This document shows positions 8,202 to 17,256 of a DNA stretch of 64,000 nucleotides, piece after piece. Location: assembly GCA_040081825.1 (NCBI GenBank), contig JBEBFT010000004.1:11523-75522 (forward strand), read 5' to 3'. Each line of letters starts with the position of its first letter. Positions within the stretch are counted from its first letter, which is position 1. A model generated the notes under the pieces. That model was not told the origin of the DNA and did not search any database. It worked only from the letters and a program-made list of their open reading frames with translations. Both the position numbers and the translations under genes were made by a program. The DNA comes from Candidatus Peribacteraceae bacterium (lineage in GTDB: Bacteria > Patescibacteriota > Gracilibacteria > Peribacterales > Peribacteraceae).

Positions 8202-9299
8202 TTGAATGCGATAATCAAAGGACGCTACACTCTATACGCTATGTTCGCCGTGCGACTTCCCTCTTATCCTCGGCGTACTACAACCTTGTCGATTGTGCTC
8301 ATTGGATATTCGTTCGTTCTGATCCCAGGAATCATGAGAGCAGAACCACTCACAATCACTCCCTCGCTCATTAGTAATACACAAATGCTTGAGAAGGCAC
8401 TGACTGCGAAGGAGGGATACGCATCGACAACACTCAAAGGGGCAGGCGCATTTTTGGAGATCGAGTACTTCTCATCAGAGGACATCGACCTTTTTTTAGT
8501 TCCTCTCAACCGCGATGGTAGGTATGTTCCAACGGATTTCATGACTGCCAAGCTGCCGGCTGCAGCTAACGGAGATGTACGAATTGACCTGCGCGAGACA
8601 CCAGGATGGAAGACATCTGAAACATTGTGGCTTCTCAATATCGCAAGTAGCAGCACCGATACGGATGCGGGGTTCACAGGAATCGAGTTCGTCCCTGCGT
8701 CACCGATCGAAACACTGTCTGCTGCCATGACGCACCTTAGTATCGCCGAGCCCTACGGTCCAAGCAGTTACCACGTACTCAGAGGATATAGAGTGTTGGG
8801 TCTGTCCTTCGCTGTACTGCTTGGACTCATCACCATAATCATCGCACTGATCGTCTGGAGGATCCGTGGAGTCAGTACAGCGCTCTGGGTACTGGTCACG
8901 CTTACACTTCTCTCGCATCTTCGCTACGGCATCGATCTGCTCCGCTTCTCGCACGAGCATCTGACAAGTATGCAGACGGCATCAATCTACGATGAAGCGG
9001 GAACCATCTACGCAGTCGCCGAGTCGATCAAGGAAATACGAATGAAGGAGCAGCGATTTGGCGGAGTCTTCGTCTGTAGAAACGGCACCGACTTTCAGGA
9101 AAAGATATTACGGTACCAGCTCTACCCAACTCCGGTGAGCCACAATGGGGATGGTCCGTTTTCTTTTGTCGTCATCATCGGATCACCAGATTGGTCGCAG
9201 GACGAAGCATCGATTCGTTGCGGTGACGGGCAGTTTCTCCGGATATCATCTCAGTATTTCAGCGACGGGATTTCACTCCACACAACGCAAAAATCATGA
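8202..9299 (+). CDS. hypothetical membrane protein
   Basis: 365-aa ORF with a TTG start abutting the upstream stop (ATG 8241 is an alternative). It has an N-terminal TM/signal and a mid-protein TM segment. It overlaps the next gene by 4 nt (ATGA). Confidence 0.5.
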   Translation: MNAIIKGRYTLYAMFAVRLPSYPRRTTTLSIVLIGYSFVLIPGIMRAEPLTITPSLISNTQMLEKALTAKEGYASTTLKGAGAFLEIEYFSSEDIDLFLVPLNRDGRYVPTDFMTAKLPAAANGDVRIDLRETPGWKTSETLWLLNIASSSTDTDAGFTGIEFVPASPIETLSAAMTHLSIAEPYGPSSYHVLRGYRVLGLSFAVLLGLITIIIALIVWRIRGVSTALWVLVTLTLLSHLRYGIDLLRFSHEHLTSMQTASIYDEAGTIYAVAESIKEIRMKEQRFGGVFVCRNGTDFQEKILRYQLYPTPVSHNGDGPFSFVVIIGSPDWSQDEASIRCGDGQFLRISSQYFSDGISLHTTQKS

Positions 9300-10633
9300 G
9301 CACCACTCTCCCCTTTCTCGGCATTCTCGCGATTCTCATTTTTGAAGGAGGGCTGATCAGTCGCATGATCGTACGTTCACAGGACTGGAAGCTACTCCTC
9401 GCTCTCAGTCTGCCGATTGCTGCGTTCGTAAACGTTCTGCTCGTCGCACTGTGTACGATCACATCGATTTCACTGACACCCTGGTCACTGATCGGTGGGC
9501 ACGTGTTACTGACAGCTGTGTGTGCATTCTTCTATCGAAACATCAGCATTCCATCATCCGCCCCTGCTACCAACGTACTGATAACGAAAAATCGAACTGC
9601 TCTTCTGCTGAGCACGGCAGTACTCACATGTATCGCTGTCTATGCTTTCATCCATGGCTCGCTTCCAACATTCCAGTTCGACAGTCTGACCAATTGGACG
9701 ATGCGATCGCAGATTTCGTTCGTCGATCAGAGAATGGCATTTGACGAGGCAGAAGTACGCGGCATGGCAAAGCCGCAGTACCCATACCTCTTTCATGCAC
9801 TGCAAATTACTTCTAATCAGGGGCACACCTGGAATGACGGACTGGCAAATCTGATTCTGATACTTCTCGGCCTTTCGTCGATCACCGCACTCTGGTTGAT
9901 CCTCAGGCGTTTGCTTTCGCCTAGTACTACTCTCATTACGATCGCGCTTATCTTCGGCACGCCACTTTTGGCTACACACATGGCGCAGGGCTACGGCGAC
10001 AGCGTGATGTTGCAGTATCTGTTCTTGGCGCATGCACTGACGCTCCTGTGGGTCATGACAAAGGAGCGTCGATGGCTGATGCTTTCGGGCATGTGTATCG
10101 CGGCGGGAGTGTGGTCCAAGTCTGAAGGACTCGTGTTTGGTCTTCTGCCCTGGCTCGTGACAGTCGGGCTGATCAGTTGGAATACCAGAACTCTACGCAG
10201 TCTCCGCTCCCCCATTCTGCTCACACTACTTCTCAGCCTTCTCTGGACGATAGGAGCATCGATCGCCGGTCTTTCTCTCACTCCACATCATGGCTCGGAC
10301 GCAACGCTTGCGCTCAGTATTCCTGCAGTAAAGGAGGCATTCATCGGACTCTTCAGTCGCGGCTCATTTGGTATCGCTTGGTACTCTGCACTTTCCGCAC
10401 TTGTGCTCTTTTTTGCTAGCCCAAAATTCCGCAGTCACCGCGCGGCACCGACACTACTCATGGCTGGATTCACCTTCGTCATTATTCTCCTGATCTACAC
10501 CGCAACACCGAACAGCCAGTTTCTTCTCAAGGGCGAATCGTACTATCGTCAGATGCTTCTCCCGCTCGGACTACTCATCCTGTCGCTTGCTGTCATCTTC
10601 ACTACTCGTCCAGACGACCGAAACGACGAGTGA
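9296..10633 (+). CDS. large polytopic membrane protein, possibly a GT-C (ArnT/PMT-like) glycosyltransferase
   Basis: 445 aa with about 11 predicted TM helices and topology and size typical of ArnT/PMT_2-type enzymes. The family call comes from general appearance only. Confidence 0.4.
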   Translation: MSTTLPFLGILAILIFEGGLISRMIVRSQDWKLLLALSLPIAAFVNVLLVALCTITSISLTPWSLIGGHVLLTAVCAFFYRNISIPSSAPATNVLITKNRTALLLSTAVLTCIAVYAFIHGSLPTFQFDSLTNWTMRSQISFVDQRMAFDEAEVRGMAKPQYPYLFHALQITSNQGHTWNDGLANLILILLGLSSITALWLILRRLLSPSTTLITIALIFGTPLLATHMAQGYGDSVMLQYLFLAHALTLLWVMTKERRWLMLSGMCIAAGVWSKSEGLVFGLLPWLVTVGLISWNTRTLRSLRSPILLTLLLSLLWTIGASIAGLSLTPHHGSDATLALSIPAVKEAFIGLFSRGSFGIAWYSALSALVLFFASPKFRSHRAAPTLLMAGFTFVIILLIYTATPNSQFLLKGESYYRQMLLPLGLLILSLAVIFTTRPDDRNDE

Positions 10634-10967
10634 AGTCCTGCTGCTGAAACTCGTTTCCTGATTTAAGCTTTGTTTTCTCGGCTTCATTCAGTTGCTTCTC
10701 TTTGTCCCACTGTGCTTTTTTCTGACACCAGTTACCGAACCGTTGGGCTGTAAACACCATCTTGCCCTTGCTCATACACCAATCGATACAGCGATCAATC
10801 TCGGCAGTCATACCCTTCACGCGTCCGTAGTAGCGATTGATGGTCAAATAAAAGTGCTGCGGGTCGACTTTCTGATACTTTAACCCGACGAGTTCGCACG
10901 CGTCTTTGGAGTACTCCGAGAGTTTCTCAGCTAGTTCCTTTTGCACTGGTGTGAGTTCGATTGGCAC
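10602..10967 (-). CDS. hypothetical protein (weak DnaD/replisome-organiser-like C-terminal pattern)
   Basis: 121 aa, GTG start. IDRCIDWCMSKGK..FGNWCQKKAQW is faintly DnaD-domain-like. The 3' end overlaps the convergent upstream gene by 32 nt. Confidence 0.35.
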   Translation of the reverse strand: MPIELTPVQKELAEKLSEYSKDACELVGLKYQKVDPQHFYLTINRYYGRVKGMTAEIDRCIDWCMSKGKMVFTAQRFGNWCQKKAQWDKEKQLNEAEKTKLKSGNEFQQQDFTRRFGRLDE

Positions 10968-11021
10968 AGGAAACAGAGTAGCAAAAGAGCTCTACGCTAG
11001 CAGCAGCTGATGAACGATTAT

Positions 11022-11050
11022 TTGACTTGTTGCTTCTTTTGTAGTATAAT
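11022..11050 (+). promoter_or_regulatory. near-consensus sigma70 promoter TTGACT-17 nt-TATAAT placed 7 nt before ATG 11058
   Basis: TTGACT at 11022-11027, a 17-nt spacer, TATAAT at 11045-11050, ATG at 11058. Confidence 0.6.
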
Positions 11051-11057
11051 ATTGCAT

Positions 11058-11504
11058 ATGTCCAACGCTCCTGCAAAATCTATCGAAAACCATCCAAATA
11101 CTCTCGATTTTCAAAAGCAAGCGGCTCTTCTTTTACAATCAGGCGGAGAAATTGGGGAAACTGAACATAGTGCGTGTATGAATGGCCCGTCTCTTCCACT
11201 GAAGATAACATGGAAATTGAAAGAACAAGAAGGAGTGATAACTGGAGGAATCGACTTTTCCCAAAACTTTGGCGGAGGCGATGCTGCTGATCAATGGGAG
11301 AGATACGCAAATCTCAGAATGCCTTCTGGAAAGCTGGATGTTGCTTATTCAATGGGAAGAGATAACCCAGATAATTGGGGTCTATCGCTTGCAAGACTGA
11401 AAGATGCCATCAAAAGAATTGGCGCAAAGGGAACTGTAAACGAAGACAGAGTGGCGTCAATGACAGGTGATGCAAGAGTTGAAGTACAGAAAAAAATTAA
11501 GTAG
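11058..11504 (+). CDS. hypothetical protein (orphan, visibly lower GC)
   Basis: The track ORF opens at 11010, but the promoter lies inside that extension, so ATG 11058 (MSNAPAKSIENH...) is preferred. No family recognised. Confidence 0.5.
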   Translation: MSNAPAKSIENHPNTLDFQKQAALLLQSGGEIGETEHSACMNGPSLPLKITWKLKEQEGVITGGIDFSQNFGGGDAADQWERYANLRMPSGKLDVAYSMGRDNPDNWGLSLARLKDAIKRIGAKGTVNEDRVASMTGDARVEVQKKIK

Positions 11505-13605
11505 CAATCGTCGTTCTCTTGGATCGCACTGTCATGGTAAGTACGCCAAGCGCTGTTTCGGCTGCCTTTCTGGCACGTACAACAAGTGCGGGATTGAGGA
11601 GACCACCGAACCGAAGTTCCGGAATTCCACTCTGACGAATACCAAAGAGTTCACCGGGGCCACGAATCATCAGGTCAATCTCGGCAAGCTCAAATCCGGA
11701 GCTATGTTCCTCCATCGCTTTGAGTCGCTCGGAACTCGCCTGATGTTGCTCCGTTGTAAACAGAAAACAGTAACTCTGAGCATCAGACCTGCCGACACGA
11801 CCGCGAAACTGATGAAGTTGCGACAGTCCGAAGCGTTCCGCTCCCTCGATCACGATGATTGTGGAATTGGGCACATCGATCCCTACTTCAATCACCGATG
11901 TCGACACCAAGATATCTGCCTTTCGATCTTTGAAGTCGCGCATCACGTCTTCTTTTTCCTGCGGCGTCATTCTGCCGTGCAGAAGCGTGACTGTCCGTTT
12001 CGGAAATTCCTTTTGTAGACGCTCTGCTTCCGCCTGCACGTTTTTGACATCCTGCATCTCGTCACTCTTCGACATTTCGATGAGCGGGCAAATGACAAAC
12101 GCCTGCCTGCCCGAGGCCATCTCCGTATCGATGAAGAGCTCTACCGTGCGACGCTGACTGGGTGGGACAACCGTCGTTTTAATCGATTTGCGATTGCCAG
12201 GTTTCGTGAGCAGAACCGACAGATCGTGATCGCCGTAGGCCGTGAGCGCGAGTGTGCGTGGAATGGGCGTCGCCGTCATCGCGAGTGTGTGTGGCGGCCC
12301 CTTCTCCTCAAGGGCCTTTCTCTGAAGCACGCCGAAGCGATGTTGTTCATCGATGATCGCGAGCTTGAGATCTTTGAAGACGACAGACTCTTCGATGAGT
12401 GCATGCGTACCGATGACGACATCCACCAAACCAGCCGCTGTGTCACGTTTGATCGCGCGTGATTCGGCACCAGTGATTGATCCAGTCAGAAGCACAACGC
12501 GTGGCAACGCAAAGGTAAGAAGGTGTGCAGCCTGAATCCCCTTCTCTTTCCACGCACCAGACTGGAGGTAAGTGTGAAATGTCGTGAGCATCCTTGTGAT
12601 CGTAACCGCGTGCTGCTTTGCCAATACTTCGGTTGGCACCATGAGCGCGCACTGCCCCTTCGCAATAATCGTGTGTGCGATCACCGACGCTGCAACAAGT
12701 GTCTTGCCCGATCCCACGTCGCCCTCGAGAAGTCGACTCATGGGTTTATCGGACTCCATGTCACGCAAAATTTCGTAAATCGCCACGCGCTGTGCATCGG
12801 TGGGAATAAACGAGAGCGAGGCGAAGAACGCCTTGATGAGCGGGGCATCCATCGGTGTCACGAGCCTCTTCTGCCTATGTCCCTGCCACGCGTTCTTGCG
12901 TTCCAGCGCCTCGGTCTGAATGTGAAAGAGTTCCTCGAATGCCATGCGCTCCCGCGCTTGATTCAGTTTCTCGGGCGTAGAGGGAAAGTGAAGTTCAGTC
13001 AGTGCCTCGGATCGGGCAAGCAACTTCTCTGCAGTGAGAATCTCTGCTGGAAGTGACTCAGGAATAGATGCAAACACGGGGCGAAGGAGTGCCATCTTCT
13101 CGCGAAGCCACCGACTGCTCAGCTTCTCTGTCTGCGGATACACCGCGACGATGCGCCCTGCGTGCAAGAGCTCAGTGCGTGTCCCGTCCTCCACCTGCGG
13201 ACTCATCATTTTGAGTTTGTATCCATCCTCCTGCACTTTGCCCGTGAGTGACACCGCTTGACCTTCGCGGAGCATCCGCATCATGTGTGGCTGGTTGAAC
13301 CAGACGATGTCAGCTCTGGCTCCTTCCTCATCCAGAAAGACCGCCTGCACGAGCTGCTTTCGTGTGCGTGTGCGAACCAGTTTGAGCGATGCAATCGTTC
13401 CTCTGATCGTGACTTTCTCATTCATGGGTGCCGTCGTCAGTGTCACCATCGCACTCAGGTCTTCGTACGCTCTGGGTATCATCAGTATCATCTCGTCCAC
13501 TGTTCTAACACCCATCTCTGCCAACGCGTCGATGTACACACCAGTTGTTTTGAGCATGCCGGGCGTGAGTGAATCGGAGAGACGCATGAGGGTACTATTG
13601 TACAC
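11497..13605 (-). CDS. recG: ATP-dependent DNA helicase RecG
   Basis: 702 aa with a wedge domain plus helicase motifs GDVGSGKT, DEQHRFGV and QLHQFRGRVGR. Confidence 0.95.
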   Translation of the reverse strand: MYNSTLMRLSDSLTPGMLKTTGVYIDALAEMGVRTVDEMILMIPRAYEDLSAMVTLTTAPMNEKVTIRGTIASLKLVRTRTRKQLVQAVFLDEEGARADIVWFNQPHMMRMLREGQAVSLTGKVQEDGYKLKMMSPQVEDGTRTELLHAGRIVAVYPQTEKLSSRWLREKMALLRPVFASIPESLPAEILTAEKLLARSEALTELHFPSTPEKLNQARERMAFEELFHIQTEALERKNAWQGHRQKRLVTPMDAPLIKAFFASLSFIPTDAQRVAIYEILRDMESDKPMSRLLEGDVGSGKTLVAASVIAHTIIAKGQCALMVPTEVLAKQHAVTITRMLTTFHTYLQSGAWKEKGIQAAHLLTFALPRVVLLTGSITGAESRAIKRDTAAGLVDVVIGTHALIEESVVFKDLKLAIIDEQHRFGVLQRKALEEKGPPHTLAMTATPIPRTLALTAYGDHDLSVLLTKPGNRKSIKTTVVPPSQRRTVELFIDTEMASGRQAFVICPLIEMSKSDEMQDVKNVQAEAERLQKEFPKRTVTLLHGRMTPQEKEDVMRDFKDRKADILVSTSVIEVGIDVPNSTIIVIEGAERFGLSQLHQFRGRVGRSDAQSYCFLFTTEQHQASSERLKAMEEHSSGFELAEIDLMIRGPGELFGIRQSGIPELRFGGLLNPALVVRARKAAETALGVLTMTVRSKRTTIAT

Positions 13606-13639
13606 CCGGTTTCTAGGGCCTCATGCTACAATTGGATCC

Positions 13640-13813
13640 ATGACAGAGAAGAGCCAACAATCGTCGGTTCAGGAGTTGCAGACAATGCTGCAGCAGAAAT
13701 CCGAACGATCCGAAACGCTGGAACCTCAAAGCGAAGCCGAAAAAGAACGGCTAAAAGTCGCCATGCAGTCAATTCGTGCACGGCGGATGCTGAGTGGCAG
13801 TATCGCCCTCTAG
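13640..13813 (+). CDS. candidate 57-aa charged, coiled-coil-like protein
   Basis: ATG 13640 gives MTEKSQQSSVQELQTMLQQKSERSETLEPQSEAEKERLKVAMQSIRARRMLSGSIAL. This is the only part of track ORF 13283..13813 that is not antisense to recG. Confidence 0.25.
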   Translation: MTEKSQQSSVQELQTMLQQKSERSETLEPQSEAEKERLKVAMQSIRARRMLSGSIAL

Positions 13814-14328
13814 CGTACGTCCATATCTGTATATTCAGGACACAATATCCCCATTCCCAATTTTTGTTTGGCATACCAAGGCTTGCCGTCCATCCAACAA
13901 TCAGAAATTTCAGAGCACACCGGTTCTTTGTCGCCTAGAACATATTGCTCGTCACTAAGACTAGCTACCCAGTTCTGTACCAAACGAAATCCTATACCAC
14001 CGAATAGTAAAGTCATATCCTGTCGACGCTGCTTTAGCGAATCCTCGATACATGACAGCCAGTCGCCTTCATCTGGTACAGGCGTGTGCGGAAAATCGAG
14101 ACCGTGATCACGTGAAAAGTCTTTCCATGGACCCAGTGAGTTTACGACAGTAAACATCGGTATCTCATGATGTAGACAAAAACTCGTCGAATTTCGTATA
14201 CGATCACACCAGTCATCAACAGTGCACTCTGTACGAAGCGCCATCACGTCATTTGGTCGTGCTAGAATAAAGCCGTTGCAATGCACTTTCATGTTCATGG
14301 AGCTAAAAAGAGTGTAGTAGTCTGCCAC
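13810..14328 (-). CDS. hypothetical protein (orphan, Cys/Trp/Asp-rich)
   Basis: 172-aa ORF between miaA and recG on the same strand. GTG start (ATG alternatives 10-12 codons downstream). No family recognised. Confidence 0.4.
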   Translation of the reverse strand: MADYYTLFSSMNMKVHCNGFILARPNDVMALRTECTVDDWCDRIRNSTSFCLHHEIPMFTVVNSLGPWKDFSRDHGLDFPHTPVPDEGDWLSCIEDSLKQRRQDMTLLFGGIGFRLVQNWVASLSDEQYVLGDKEPVCSEISDCWMDGKPWYAKQKLGMGILCPEYTDMDVR

Positions 14329-14337
14329 GTACTCGGC

Positions 14338-15330
14338 TCACTCATCAAGCCACTTCACTCGCTCATCCCCGCGCCACCATGTTCGGTGACGCCTGGCGTA
14401 CTGCCATGTCTTGGCTGTAATCACGGGAATCGTTGAACGCGGATCGGCTCCATTCTCTATCGCCTCCAAAATCTGGCGGTATCCCACACTCTGCATACCC
14501 GGATCATCCTGTGTGTATCCCATACGTCTGAGGTTTTCGACTTCTTCACCCCAGCCCACATCAAACATAGCCTGAATACGTTTTTCTATACGCTCTCGCA
14601 AAACCGAATCCTCTGGGTCGATGCCCAGAATGAGCGATGTGTAGGGACTACTCTTCTGTTCCAGTATCTCTTTTTTCGTCTTGCCCGTACCTTCGATCAT
14701 CTCCATGGCTCGTACGACGTACACCTTGTTCTGCACAGGAATAGATGCAGCCGTCTCAGGATCGAGTGACTCGAGCCTCGCATGAAGTGTCCTTCCTGCA
14801 TCTCTGTCGTACTCTGCCTCCAGTGCTGCACGCTTACTTGGATCTGAGGCAACCGGAGCAAGACCATCGACAATCGACGACACGTACAGCATCGACCCGC
14901 CGACGAGCAGAGGAAGTGCTGAGCGCCCATGAATATCATCGATCACTCGCATCGCTTCTTTCTGGTACCACGCGATCGACACAGGCTCCCTCGGATCCTG
15001 CAGTGAAAAGAGATGATGCGGCACGCCACTTCTCTCAGTCTCTGTAATCTTCGCAGTACCAATATCGAGGTGACGATACAGCTGACGCGAGTCTGCATTC
15101 ACGATTTCGACAGGCTGCTTTCCCCCCAAAAGCTTCCGAGCAATCTGAACGGAGAGCGCTGTTTTTCCGGATGCTGTTGGACCAATCAGGACGAGAAGTG
15201 GACGCACAGGAACATTCGCGAGAAAGTCGCGGAGTACCAGTTGCCACTTTTGCTCAAGGGGATGCGACAAAGAGGGAGTGTAAAACGTTCTTTTCTTTTC
15301 ATGACGAGACCAGAAAGGATCTCTCTGCAT
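14338..15330 (-). CDS. miaA: tRNA dimethylallyltransferase
   Basis: LIGPTASGKTALS P-loop and DSRQLYRHLDIGTAK motif; length is typical. Confidence 0.93.
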   Translation of the reverse strand: MQRDPFWSRHEKKRTFYTPSLSHPLEQKWQLVLRDFLANVPVRPLLVLIGPTASGKTALSVQIARKLLGGKQPVEIVNADSRQLYRHLDIGTAKITETERSGVPHHLFSLQDPREPVSIAWYQKEAMRVIDDIHGRSALPLLVGGSMLYVSSIVDGLAPVASDPSKRAALEAEYDRDAGRTLHARLESLDPETAASIPVQNKVYVVRAMEMIEGTGKTKKEILEQKSSPYTSLILGIDPEDSVLRERIEKRIQAMFDVGWGEEVENLRRMGYTQDDPGMQSVGYRQILEAIENGADPRSTIPVITAKTWQYARRHRTWWRGDERVKWLDE

Positions 15331-15462
15331 ACTGCCAGCGATTCACAAAATTTGCTAGAATAGTAGGATACATTTGATTCTCTTCTTCCTCTCATTCGTA
15401 TGCACCCATCCATCCAGTCCATCGCGCGAAACATTTCCCGCGGTCACACGACTCCTCAGAAC

Positions 15463-16035
15463 ATGCTGATTCCAACTGTCATCGAAAAGAGTCAGTTCGG
15501 AGAGCGTGCGTACGACATCTACTCTCGCCTCCTCGAGGAACGCATCGTGTTTCTGGGTACGGGTATCGACGATAACGTAGCAAACATCGTTATTGCACAG
15601 CTACTGTTCCTGGATAAGCAGGATCCGAAGAAGGACATCATCCTCTACGTGAACTCTCCCGGAGGACAGGTCACCTCCACGCTCGCGATGTACGACACGA
15701 TGCAGCTCGTCAGTGCTGATGTCTCGACCGTATGTTTGGGTATGGCTGCGTCCGGTGGTGCCATCATTCTCATGGGTGGAAAGAAAGGAAAGCGTTTCGC
15801 ACTCCCCCACTCCGAAGTGATGATCCACCAGCCACTCGGCGGTACCGAGGGACAGGCAACGGACATCGCGATTCACGCAGAGCACATCATCAATACGAAA
15901 AACATCCTGAACCAGATGATCGCCGATCACACGGGCAAGAAGCTGTCACAGGTGAAAGATGACACCGAGCGTGACAAGTTTATGTCTGCAAAAGAAGCGA
16001 TGGAGTACGGGATTATCGATAAGATTATTTCTTAA
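15463..16035 (+). CDS. clpP: ATP-dependent Clp protease proteolytic subunit
   Basis: [24 protein letters not shown]..., a catalytic Ser context GMAASGGA, and MIHQPLGG. The ORF opens at 15400, but ATG 15463 matches canonical ClpP N-termini. Confidence 0.95.
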   Translation: MLIPTVIEKSQFGERAYDIYSRLLEERIVFLGTGIDDNVANIVIAQLLFLDKQDPKKDIILYVNSPGGQVTSTLAMYDTMQLVSADVSTVCLGMAASGGAIILMGGKKGKRFALPHSEVMIHQPLGGTEGQATDIAIHAEHIINTKNILNQMIADHTGKKLSQVKDDTERDKFMSAKEAMEYGIIDKIIS

Positions 16036-16054
16036 GTGCAGGCATCGCCTGTAA

Positions 16055-16106
16055 GTGACTAGTGGTTAGTGGCTAGTGGTTAGCCGAATACTAGCCACTA
16101 ACCACT
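16055..16106. repeat. heptamer tandem repeat (GTGACTA GTGGTTA GTGGCTA GTGGTTA) folding into a perfect 17-bp hairpin
   Basis: Arms 16061-16077 and 16090-16106 are exact reverse complements. The element lies between the convergent clpP and the DoxX-like gene. Confidence 0.85.
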
Positions 16107-16119
16107 CCTTCGTTGTTCT

Positions 16120-16545
16120 TTATTTTTCCTCGGACTCGCTCACTGTCGTCTCCCACTCCGGCATCCTGTTCACTGCCAAGTAGAAGGCAATGATCCACAC
16201 CATGCTCGGGTACGCGGCAGCCATCATGTCAGGGAGTGGCAGTCCCGTGATTGTGTTCTTGAGCATCAGACCGATCGGCACTGATGCGAGTGCTGTGCCT
16301 GCTGTCAGAACGGAGATGTAGCCATAACGTCCGATTGAAAGAAAGATCCCCCCGAAAATCAGCAGTGCAGGGAGTAGGTACGCCCAGACAGTGGCAAACG
16401 CACTGACGAACCCTAGTCCGTCGGTCACATTTGCGACGAATGGTGCAAAATCCCGGTACGCCGAGATGCCGATGAGCACCATAGTGATGCCCACCGACAC
16501 TCGGAGTACAAGACTCGACGTTTCGCTGGTCGATTTCCAATTCAT
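16120..16545 (-). CDS. DoxX-like four-helix membrane protein
   Basis: 141 aa with about 4 TM helices. It is a paralog-like neighbour of 16551..17048. Confidence 0.45.
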   Translation of the reverse strand: MNWKSTSETSSLVLRVSVGITMVLIGISAYRDFAPFVANVTDGLGFVSAFATVWAYLLPALLIFGGIFLSIGRYGYISVLTAGTALASVPIGLMLKNTITGLPLPDMMAAAYPSMVWIIAFYLAVNRMPEWETTVSESEEK

Positions 16546-16550
16546 AGAAA

Positions 16551-17048
16551 TTACTTAGAAGACTTGGAACTTGAAGCTGGGCAATTGCATCCCATCTTAC
16601 CGCAACCACAACCCATGCCGCACTTCCACATCTTCTTGATGATGTGATAGGCAACGAGGAGAACAGCAGCGTTCTGGATAGCAGGCATCATGTTGCCACC
16701 TGCGGTGTTATCACCCAGAGCAACAGCGAGACCAGCCCATCCCATAATTCCACCGAGAGATGCGAGAACGCAGATCTTGCTCCATGCGCAACACTTATCG
16801 ATCGCGAAGAGGACACCTCCAGCAATCATCAGGAAAGGAACAACGTATGCGAGTGCAGTCATCACACCTGCCAACGCAGAGTTCGTGAAGACGCTTCCTG
16901 CAAATCCTGCAAACTCTGAGATAAATCGAAGATGATTGACGCCATATCCAGCAAGGACAACGCCAAAACCAATGCGTGGCAACCAAAGCGCGTACGCGCT
17001 AAAAGAGCTTTTGCAGGATCCGCCTGCGGAGCAGCAATTCATACCCAT
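16551..17048 (-). CDS. DoxX-like membrane protein with Cys-rich N- and C-termini
   Basis: 165 aa. The N-terminus is MGMNCCSAGGSCKS and the C-terminus is KCGMGCGCGKMGCNCP, flanking about 4 TM helices. Confidence 0.45.
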   Translation of the reverse strand: MGMNCCSAGGSCKSSFSAYALWLPRIGFGVVLAGYGVNHLRFISEFAGFAGSVFTNSALAGVMTALAYVVPFLMIAGGVLFAIDKCCAWSKICVLASLGGIMGWAGLAVALGDNTAGGNMMPAIQNAAVLLVAYHIIKKMWKCGMGCGCGKMGCNCPASSSKSSK

Positions 17049-17216
17049 AAGTGAAAGGGGGAAGAAGTAGACGACACGCAGAGTATGGCACGAGAAAATG
17101 TGTGCTTTATCACAGTCTGGTGGCTCAGCAAGTTGAAAGAATGGAGTTAAAAGGATGCAGACGTAACAGAGGTTTCAGTTGTGGCAGAAGTGCGGGAGGT
17201 GCACAAGATAATCACT

Positions 17217-17252
17217 TCTGTACCCTCTGTACCTTCTGTACCCTCTGTACCA
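17217..17252 (+). repeat. 4 x 9-bp tandem repeat TCTGTACC(C/T/A) ending 4 nt before the tgt ATG
   Basis: tctgtaccc tctgtacct tctgtaccc tctgtacca, read directly. Confidence 0.9.
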
Positions 17253-17256
17253 TCTC

